A DNA stretch of 64,000 nucleotides, taken from contig JARFYF010000071.1 in NCBI GenBank assembly GCA_030265395.1, positions 9,949,144-10,013,143 on the forward strand. The letters run 5' to 3'. This DNA is from Rhina ancylostomus. Its lineage: Eukaryota. The notes below the pieces were generated by a model. That model saw only the letters and a program-made list of their open reading frames with translations, had not been told where the DNA came from and did not search any database. Below, piece by piece: positions 1 through 9,620 of the stretch; the stretch's first letter is position 1; every line of letters begins with the position of its first letter. A program made the translations under genes and the position numbers.

Positions 1-793
1 CAGTTTTACTGACATTTTACTTCGCCGAAGAGGGTCACTTGGCCTTGGAATATCTGTATTACTGCAAGCAACAGAAGATAGGAGCGCGATGTTCCGATAA
101 GTTCAATACCATTCAAACGTTTAACTGACGATCAACGGAAAACATGATCATAGTCGCTCTTTACGAAACAAAACTGCAGACGAGTGTCCCACAATCGAGG
201 ATATCAAAGCCGTCAGAAGATACGCAGCACAATGGGCGAGCCTCAGCTGTTGACTTCACAGACCTGACATGCAGGCATACTGAAGCCCTTGATACTTCAC
301 TGATCCTGACCAGTGTACCTGGCACGGATATGATGCTTTGAGCACGATAGCAACCTTTAATTAGGCACCTATTATATCTCGCTCGACCTCAGATACTGGA
401 ATGCTGAAGTAATAAAAGAACAACAAACAGTTCTGCGAAAACAGGCACTAAATAAGTCTTTTTCTATTCAATGGGGGTTTCTTTTATGGTAAACTAGTTG
501 TGTTTTGCTGCGCACTGAGAAAGCATTTGTCAACCATTTACTTACGAAATGCACATTCCCTCTTCTAAGCTGTTTTTAAATTGCCCACAGTGGACTTCAA
601 CCTCATGATATATGGGTCAATGGTCCTGCAGTGAAGATAATAATAAAATCGCTGTTGCCTGATCTGTGGAATCAGGTTCCCGACATACCTAACCAATACG
701 CACTGGTATCTGGACACAACAGTCTCCTAAGCCGGAAATAAAACCGGCATCAACTAATTTTTCTGAAGTTCAACGTATCGGGATTGTATGTTT

Positions 794-3304
794 TCAACCG
801 ATTTTCCCATTTAGTATAAACATATATTTCGCTGCATTCATCAGTTCCTCCCTAAATTTCCTCTGTGTCAGTCCATAGAGACACGTATTGGTGCAGGTAC
901 TGAGAAACTGTAACATAAACCCAAACTGTTGCAGGATATATCTCCGTGTGCTGTAATATCTGCCTGAGTAGGAATAGTTCTCAGATTGCCACTTCATACT
1001 GTGTATAAAAATGGGTATCCACAGTAAAATGAATTTGGCTAATAGAATAAGCAACAAAATCATTGCCTTTCTCCGTCTGTCCACCTCTGTATCCTTCTGC
1101 TGCTCGCTGTTGTTCCGGAGTCCCTGGTGAACTCGATTTGCAGCTATAATATTTCTGATAGTTAAGGTATTGAACAGCAGGATTAAACAGATTGGTCCTT
1201 CCGGAGTCACAATAACATCATATAACTGGTAGGCTCTCCAAGCGGGTGGCATTAAGTATTCAGCCGAGGAGACTCAGCTCCATGGATCCACAGTAAAGCA
1301 AAATGGAATAGCCCGAGCACAGCACCCTGTACACACTGCTACTCTCACCACAGTCGCTGTTCTCTCGGTGAAATATCGTTTCCACAACTTCTGACAGCAG
1401 ATGGCGACGTAGCGATCGAAAGTGAAAACAACTGTGAACCAAAGGGAACATTCGGAGATTGCAACCCGAAAGACAATCATCACCGCGCACACTGGAGTTA
1501 TGAACACGAATTTAGCGAACAGATAGATATAATTAACCTACTGCAGTATAAGAGCAATGACAACGCACAACAGACCTGCTGCCGCCATGGCCTCCAGGTA
1601 GCGAGCGATGCATTTGTAGAGACCACATTTTCCGCGGAACAGGATAACAATCGCCGTTAAATTAATTGCATGAAATGATAAAACAGGATGTTACGTATCA
1701 ACGGGCCTATATTCTTCAATGTGTGTTGATTTGCGCAGAAAAAGAATGATATTCCGCATCGGGTCACAACCTGGAGCTGCTACCACTGAACCAACGCGCC
1801 TGCCGTGACCGCGATGGGGTCCGATGGCCGACCAGGCTGACATTGACCAAGCGACGTACAACTGGGACCTCGCCAGTTTAACGCTCTGAAGAAAATCGAC
1901 AGGACGGAAACCTATTGAGGCTGAGCTATGTTCTAATATATCTCAGATTCTGTCAAGCAATTGAAAGATAGCCGGATACATTTGCAGCTGCACCCAAAAG
2001 GGAGGGAATCCAGCGTTGTCACGATTGTTTCAATGGGTTTGAAAGAAATTGAAAGCTATGCCTAACCATCAAGGTACACAAAATGAAGAATCACTTAGTT
2101 TAATGGAAAGTATAGAAAACGATAAAAGAAGAATCGAATAAACGGGATGATTAAAATAACAGGATACAAATTCTACTGCCCCTCTCGTCAGAGGAAAGAG
2201 CTGAAGGGCGCGCTGAAAGACGAAACGTGCCAGTGATGCGGATACGGTTGCAGAACAGTGAGGACGACAACATTGTTCTTGAATGGAAAACACAGATAAA
2301 TAACTAACAGACAAAACTGTTCTTTAAATTAAAAAAAAAGTAGGGACAAAAGTAAGCAGGTCATGTTTGTTTATGGAACAACAAATGGCATTTGCCAAGG
2401 TAACCGACATGAAAAAATATTTTGAGGAACTTCGCAATGACGGTAACATTGGAAGGTAATTGACAGGAATTCGAAAGGGCGGTGAAATGACATTACCAAT
2501 GATATTTACCCCGATGCACAAAGTACTTTTGGTGTATTCTGTCAGATAAAGAGTTTGGGTCAGTGCTTTGTGCCCTGACAATTAACCGACTCCCAACTTG
2601 CGGAGAGACGGTAAAATTATAGTTTCTTCAGTTTGGGATGACGGAAGAGGAAGAACTCCACTTACACTGAGAGACAGGAAGAGCTGGCGACAGTGTTGTG
2701 CTGAGTGGCGTGCTACATGGAATCGTTTCCCTGCTTTCTCTTCGCTCTTTCAGTCAATCTTCAGGCTATAGTGAACACAAATGTGCTGGAACTGCCTGAG
2801 GCCAGAGCGGACTCAACAGTGACAAGGTCTCAACTGGCAAACCACATACGTCTCAGCGCCAGCGAGTCCTCACTACCTTTGTAAGGAAGTAACATGGTGC
2901 GAAATCTTATGGACTGTGAGCTTAGTAATCACGCTTAAACATCTCTGGTAGTCGGCGGTGTTAATAAGAAAAATAAATGTCTATTCCATGCTATGGTTGA
3001 TCAGATAGAAATATACTTCAATGTATTGATTTTTTTCTCCAATTAACATGCAGAATCAAACCATTAAAGCAACACAAATTACATTTTAGAACGAAATAAT
3101 CGAATCGTTTTCTTTTCAATTCCCACTTCTGAAATAAATCAATGCACTGAGCAACTGGAAATTGACGGCTCATGCATGATACCGCAAGGGTAATGATAGA
3201 GCCACACAAACAGCAGACGAATTCGAGACCTTACCAGGAATACCGATCGCTGCAAGTACAGGATAGTAGATTATGACAATGCTGTAAATAGCTGGATATC
3301 CCAT
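794..3304 (-). pseudogene. GPR139-like class A GPCR pseudogene, copy 1 (exon 1 3304-3235, exon 2 1665-794)
   Basis: Exon 1 reads MGYPAIYSIVIIYYPVLAAIGIP+G followed by a GTAAG donor. Exon 2 has TFDRYVAICC, LLWIP and STCTNTCLYGLTQRKFREEL. The acceptor reads CAA instead of CAG, and there are in-frame stops TAG (1540-1538) and TGA (1276-1274) relative to the intact copy. Confidence 0.9.
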
Positions 3305-3373
3305 ATTCTTCACGAAGCAGCGATGAGTTGCACAAAGCTCTCCAAGGGCCCACATGCTCTGTTTCAGGGAGCC

Positions 3374-3450
3374 CTTATACAGCAGGAGCAATGTCCTTGC
3401 AGCCAATTAGTGTTCTCTCAGTCAGATTATTAACAAACCACTGAACAAAT
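3374..3450 (-). promoter_or_regulatory. Conserved proximal promoter of the minus-strand GPCR paralogs (TATA-like, CCAAT/homeodomain-like, Fox-like motifs)
   Basis: GTATAAG lies ~70 nt upstream of the ATG, followed further upstream by CTAATTGG and TATTTGTT. Order and spacing are the same at 12603-12680 and 35129-35210. Confidence 0.45.
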
Positions 3451-4409
3451 ACATCGTGTGGACTATTTCCATGGCGACATTGTGCAATATATCTAATTCT
3501 ATGAAGCATATTGTAAACAGTTTAACTGAATGTTGTTTTTAAATAGTTGCAGTGGAGGACGCTGCACTTTCTGCTCCCTGCCATGAAGCCTGAACCGTTT
3601 GAAAAACGTTTTTTGTCTGTTGATTCGTTCTTGATTACAAACGCCATGGACGTAGAATGAAGCGATTTTAATGCAGCAGGTGAAATGAGAGATAAGCCTC
3701 CCTGGGAGTGGATAGCTGAGCCACGGTCTTATCTTTTAATTCACTGCTGTAAGCCACAGGCACACACGGATATGATATAAAATAACAGGTTTGCTACAAC
3801 CCTTCATGTCTCATAATATCAACATGTGCAGAGCAATCTGAGAACCGCTTATGATGCTCCGGATAGCCATGCAGTTGTCACGCAGCTGGTGGCAATGTGT
3901 GCACAGATTGACAGCAGTACTTCACAGTGTATATTTGGTCCACTTAGCCTATTTCGCATCCATGAGCGTTGCTGTTGGCCTTGTTTATATATTTAAAAAA
4001 TCTCTGATTTATCTGCATTACTTCTGCAAATATTTCATGCGTTCGGATTCAATCGATACATATGTCTTTCCAGGAAAACCAACAACCTATTCTCGTGTCC
4101 TTCTGCCAGTAACCTTCTCCCAATACACCACCACGAATCTATTCGGATTTTATTTGCCTCGTTTTTGCTTCTACCCAAATAGTCTCGTAAGTATTTCCTT
4201 CCAATTTGACAATTTCTTTCTGAACCCCACTATTTACTTTGTATTTATAATATATTGCAATGAAGTTCATTTCAACCTTGTTTTATCAGCCTCATTTTGC
4301 ATTTCTATCAGCTGGACAAGCACATTTTCCCTTGGGTAATCAGCACTGATCAGTCCTGGACAGACTGAGAATCTCAGCATTGACATCACGCTTTCACCGG
4401 TCGTCCCTC

Positions 4410-4485
4410 TGTCACAATGTTGATCCGGAGCAAACTCACAGAGAACCGAAATGCGGCACACCGATACAAGACTGGAGTCAGGATA
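4410..4485. mobile_element. LTR end (same family as the solo LTR at 60404-60814), cut by an assembly gap
   Basis: Starts TGTCACAATGTTGATCC and matches the reverse complement of the right end of the 60404-60814 element. Confidence 0.75.
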
Positions 4486-4798
4486 NNNNNNNNNNNNNNN
4501 NNNNNNNNNNNNNNNNNNNNNNNNNNNNNNNNNNNNNNNNNNNNNNNNNNNNNNNNNNNNNNNNNNNNNNNNNNNNNNNNNNNNNTAATCCAGATCTGGC
4601 AAATTTTACACGATGCCGTAATCTCTTTCTGTGTCCATACCGACTCTGTGCGCTCTCTCGATCCTTAGTAGGAGACAGGGACGAGTTCCCGCCGCGCGAT
4701 GCAGCAATAAGGTGGAATTGTCACCGGAACCTGTCAAAACCTGCACTGGCTTCAGGTCTGATTAGTAATTTATTTCCTTCCTTTTGTCTTTCTTCCAG

Positions 4799-6092
4799 TT
4801 AACATGGTGGCGATTTCGAGACTGTCCCGAGAAAAGTTCATTCTGTTGAAATGCATCACTCGCTAAATGGTGGGAATGGAAACGGAAGGTCGACTGGTCG
4901 TTATATCGGACACCCTGCTGAGGTGAACTGATGTGATTTATTTTCTACGATAATTCCTCCGCATGACTCCCGTGTGCAGTTATCTAATATGTCTCATGTT
5001 TACAAGCACCGAGGTCTCTATCTGTTTGACAGTCGCTTTCTCCATCGATCGATTTGTCGCCATTTGTTGTGAGAAGCTGAATGCAAAATATTGCACTGAG
5101 GGAACGGTGCCTGTGTTTATCGGGACAGTGAGCATGCTGGGCTGTTCAGAGACTGTCCCAAGGTTCGTTACATACGAGCCTGAGGAACTAATTGATGATG
5201 TTCTCTGGAACGTGTTCTTAAACTGAGCTTCAGTAAATACTCCGCGTGGGCGATATTTGAGCTGTTAATCTGCATTTTAACCCCATGCTTCCCGTTCCTT
5301 CTGATTTTCCTTCTCAAAGTTCTGTAACAGAGGTGGACTGCTCTGATTTATTTTCCACGATCATTCTTCCGTATTACACCCGTATGCCGTATCGATCTAT
5401 GGCTAGTTTTTGCCAGTACTGCGGTTTCTGTCTGGCTTACGGTCGCATTCACTTTTGATCGTTTTGTGGTTATTTCTTCCGAGAAGCTGAAAACAAAATA
5501 TCACACCCAGAGAACGGCGGCTGTGTTTATTGGGAGAGTGAGTGTGTTGGGATGTTCAGAGACTTTCCCTTGGTACTTTATATACGAGCCAAGAGAAATA
5601 ATTAATGGTGTTCCCTGGGAATGTGTCCGTAAACACAGCTACACCACATCCCCTGCATGGGCAGCATATGAGATGTTCCACCGCATTTTAACCCCATATG
5701 TCCCATTCCTTTTGATTTTACGGTTCAATGCTCTGACGGATTTTCGCAACCAGTCGAGTCCACAAGGGGCTCCGAGGCTGCAGCAATGGAGAGAATGATA
5801 AGGACACGGAGATTAAAAGCGACGGAAATCCCTCGTTTTACCCTTCAGTTTAACCGTCAGCTTTATACTGTTGTGGGTTATGCAGGTGGGGTTTTACCAA
5901 CGAATTTCAAATTTTACCGGCAAATTTGCCACAATCTTGTCACAGATCCTCGTTACATCTCTGAAAACACGGTGGAATGTTGCAGCTTCTAAGTTTCTGC
6001 ACCAACAGGTGGCGCAGAGCGAATTCCGAGAGGAGCTGAAGAATGCGGTGAACTACCCGCTTATTCGGATTATGGCAATCATTAAATCATAG
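4799..6092 (+). pseudogene. GPR139-like GPCR exon-2 pseudogene, copy 2, with an internal ~410 bp duplication
   Basis: A polypyrimidine tract and CAG acceptor are followed by NMVAISRLSREK...CITR*. The TM3-TM5 block occurs twice (SIDRFVAICCEKL and TFDRFVVISSEKL), and the C-terminus is FREELKNAVNYPL. Several stops and frameshifts. Confidence 0.85.
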
Positions 6093-6176
6093 GAAAAAAA
6101 TGCGTCAAACAGTGTAATTAAATCTAACTCCCTGCCCCCTAACGTCTATCCCAGACCGGGGAGAAAGTGGAAATTC

Positions 6177-6600
6177 TGTTACCTGTTGACCCTCACAATG
6201 TTTGGTAGTAACACAATAAACATCCTACACGGATTTATCACGGCTTGGTGTGGCATCTGTTCTGCCCAACGCCGAAAAAATCTGCACAGAGATATGAATA
6301 AACTAATTCCATCCCCCCCTCCATGGATTCCGTGGAGACCTCCCGCTGGGTCGGTAAAGCAGCCAACGTGTTCAAAGACACCACCCACTCCAGACATTCT
6401 CTCTTTTCACCCTTTCACTGTGCAGCAAATATAACAGATGGAAAGCCCGTACCACCATAGTCAAAGGCAGATGCTATCCCACTATCAGAAGATTGAACTA
6501 ACCCTAACCCTATGAATAGAAATTAGCTCTATGGATGGCATGTAAACAGAAGTTTTCACTCTCTCTTTATACGTGCGACAAAATAAACCAATTATAATCA
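6177..6600 (+). mobile_element. Degenerate Rex1/Babar-like LINE 3' fragment
   Basis: Resembles 23280-23850 (ITAWCGICSA, CACCCACT...TTCTCTCTTTT) and ends GTGCGACAAAATAAACCAAT. Confidence 0.55.
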
Positions 6601-6829
6601 CAATTGTGAACAGAACTCTGCAACACACATTTAAAACATCATCACGACTTTACCCCCAGCCTCACCATCCCTGAGATATCCCGTTTACCTCAGACACGCT
6701 TCCTTAACTTACTTCTAATCCTGACACCAGATAGTTACCTCTGCTTCCAATTCTGACACAGCGTGTTCGACCTGCAGCGTTATCCATGTTTACCCTCTGC
6801 ACATGCTGCCTGACCGATTGAATACTTAC

Positions 6830-8070
6830 AGAGTTTTTCTCTCTCTAACTTCTGCTGCTCTGTCTCTCTCTCTCGCTTTCTGCCTGCCTGTCTGTCCGTC
6901 TATCTGTCTTTCTCTCTCCCTCTCACCATGACTACTACCCTTTACCTTCTCTTTCTCCCTCTCGCTCCCGACTATCCACGTTCCGTATCTATTCCGCTTT
7001 CCTTTTCTGGATCCTGACCCTGAGACCCTACGTCTTCTTGCTCTTCGTTCAGACATCTCACGTATTTAGCGATTTTGCAACGTGCAATTATTATCTTTGA
7101 AATAACTTTCAAGAACATAACTAAACTGTTGATTTATTGTTGATAAACCAATATTAAATCTCACTGCAGCTTCCTCTGTTTCAGGGAATAATAATCCCAC
7201 TATTTCAATTATTTCGCACAGCTGGAGTATCTCAGACCTGGAAATATCCCCATAAATCTCTTCGTCCATCACTACAATCTCGGCTGTTCTGCAATTGGGC
7301 CATTACCAGAGACACTGAGCGCAGAAACAGGCTCTTCGGCACCCTGGGTCCGCATTTCAATCACCTATTTATTTCGATCCCTTTTTATTCTCCCTATATT
7401 CCCAGCAAACCGTTCCCCATATTCTTCCACTCACAGACACACGACGAGCATTTTACAGTGCAAGTTACCCTACCGACAGATGTCCTCTTCTACCTTGGAA
7501 ATACTCTCGGGTGCAGTTGTCCTAGTTACTGCTGAAAGTCAGTTATTATCTGCAAACCGACATGCACACGAGGGGCCTAGTGTCCTTCTCGATGAGTTGT
7601 AAAACAAAAGCAGAACATGCTGAAAATGCTGATCAGGCCAGGCTGCATCTGTGGGAAGAGAAAGAAATCCACCATTTCAGATCAAACACCACACGTCAGA
7701 ACTGAAAATGGGACAAAAATGCAGAGTGGGATTTGACCTGAAACAGTAACTCTGTTTCCATTCCCAGGGATGCCGGCAGATATATTCTGTATTTCTACTT
7801 TATTTTATATATCCAACACGTGTTTTATTTTCACCTACTTTCAGATATAAAATTCGACCATTTGCTCCGGACCCGAATCTTGCGGCTCAGAGTGTGTGAG
7901 GTGCACCTGTCATTCATTGAACCCCTGAGAGTGTCGGCCCACGCTGCTGAAGTGTGTCCACACATTTCAGAGCCCTGGTGAATCTTTGCCGCAGTCCTTA
8001 GGTCACAGGTGTAAACTTCCACAGATAGCTGACGCACCTGTACTCAGGAAGCCATGGATCTCCCCCGGCA
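6830..8070 (+). repeat. ~1.2 kb block duplicated in direct orientation at ~41720-42970
   Basis: Collinear shared words include AATCTCTTC.TCC.TCACTACAATCTC.GCTG, GTCCTCTTCTACCTTGGAAATA and GAGTTGTAAAACAAAAGCAGAACATG. Confidence 0.85.
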
Positions 8071-8177
8071 AACGGCGNNNNNNNNNNNNNNNNNNNNNNN
8101 NNNNNNNNNNNNNNNNNNNNNNNNNNNNNNNNNNNNNNNNNNNNNNNNNNNNNNNNNNNNNNNNNNNNNNNNNNNNN

Positions 8178-8291
8178 ATTCCTTCCAGTTACTGCCTGTG
8201 TTTGTCCTGAGGAAGTATCCTGACTCCAGTCTTGTATCAGTGTGCCGCATCTGGGTTCTCTGTGAGTTTGCTCTGGATCAACATTGTGACA
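8178..8291. mobile_element. LTR end (same family as 60404-60814), cut by an assembly gap
   Basis: Ends ...GGATCAACATTGTGACA and is nearly identical to 55876-55989. Confidence 0.75.
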
Positions 8292-9620
8292 GCAGACGCT
8301 GCATCGCTTAAGTTGGCAAGGTATAGATGGAGAGGGTCGTAATTCCACGAACTTGGATCAGTGTGACTGGGCAAATGGGTCAATATGGACATTGTGTTCC
8401 GAAGGACCGGGTTCTGTGCTGTTCTATTGCCACTCATGCTTCAGAACTTGCCGCATCGCCGCTGGATGTTGTTTGATGGAGTCAGACGCAGGTTAATGAT
8501 AAACGTCATATATCCCTTTTCCTTGAGCAAGTTTGCTGCTAACACGTGCTCATTACTATTTATTGAAGGTAAACGCCAGTTCATGATGACGCCCTTGATA
8601 AGTGGTGTTGATCGCACTAAAGTTCAAAATATGTATTTTCAGATGACTTCGTGTAAAATTATATTAAATATACAGGTTATGTGAGCTGCAGTGAATTGTA
8701 TTTTGAGCATAAATAATCTCACAGGAAGCTTTCATAGTGCCTATCTTCACAAAACTCCGCCCCAAACACATACACACCGCTTCTTCACACATGCTGCAGC
8801 ACTAGATATCCAACAGTAATATTCTGTCTTGGTCTTACTTGCGTTGGTACGGACTGGACGGGCCGAATGCACTCGATCCGTACTGAAACCTTTCTGAGAT
8901 TACGTATTGAGAACCTTCTTGTGGATTCAGAGCCGCACGGAAACCGGCAGAGTTTCGGTTGCACGCACAGACTTGGGACCGGATGGAGCAGGAGAGATTC
9001 AGCGGTTTACCTGGACGAGGAACCTGACGAAACTCCAGCCCCCAGTTGTCTCGGTTGCCGCTTCCATGCTCCAAGCCTCTTCACGAGGAATGCCATCAGT
9101 TTCCCGGATTCCACAACCAACCAGCCGCCTCTGCCGCTTGTCTCCTGCCACTAACAAGGTCGGGCACATCAATGGCTCAGCTCTCACAACGGGACAGGAT
9201 GAAGTGAGAAATAGAGCAAACGATAATTCGACAGTTGTTGTATCCCATAGATATCAGATGGAGGAAATCAGAAATAATAAAAAATACATAAAAATGCTGC
9301 GAAAGCAGACACAAAAATATGTTGCGATTTTGCTTCCCTACGAAAAAGGCATTTGTCAACCATGTGTTCATCGTATGAAAACTGACAGATTCCTGTTCAC
9401 ATTCTCACTTCTGAGTTACCCTTTCATCACCCACAGTGGTATTTAATCGCAAAATATATGGGTCAATAATCCTGCAGTGAAGAAACTAATTAAATCACTA
9501 TTTCCCTAATCTTCTGAATCAGTCCTTGCAATCGAAACTAACCAATTCCAGTGTTATCGAGAAACAGCAGTGTCCAAAGCCCCACATAATATAAATACAT
9601 CGGAATAATTGTTTCAAAGA

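Noticed and set aside
1274-1276. In-frame TGA at the conserved ECL2 cysteine, possible selenocysteine
   Set aside because: The same copy also has a TAG stop and a broken acceptor, and no SECIS was recognised.
3851-4339. 162-aa hydrophobic ORF
   Set aside because: It lies in T-rich upstream flank DNA, and the homologous region at ~35670-36400 has indels and no corresponding ORF.
4410-8291. Inverted LTR ends bracketing GPCR copy 2, resembling a composite transposon that captured a gene
   Set aside because: There is no target-site duplication (CCCTC versus GCAGA) and both ends adjoin assembly gaps. Independent solo LTRs or scaffolding explain it.
8907-9446. 179-aa ORF
   Set aside because: It has a non-ATG start and no recognisable domain, and runs into the GPCR 3' flank shared with other copies that lack the ORF.
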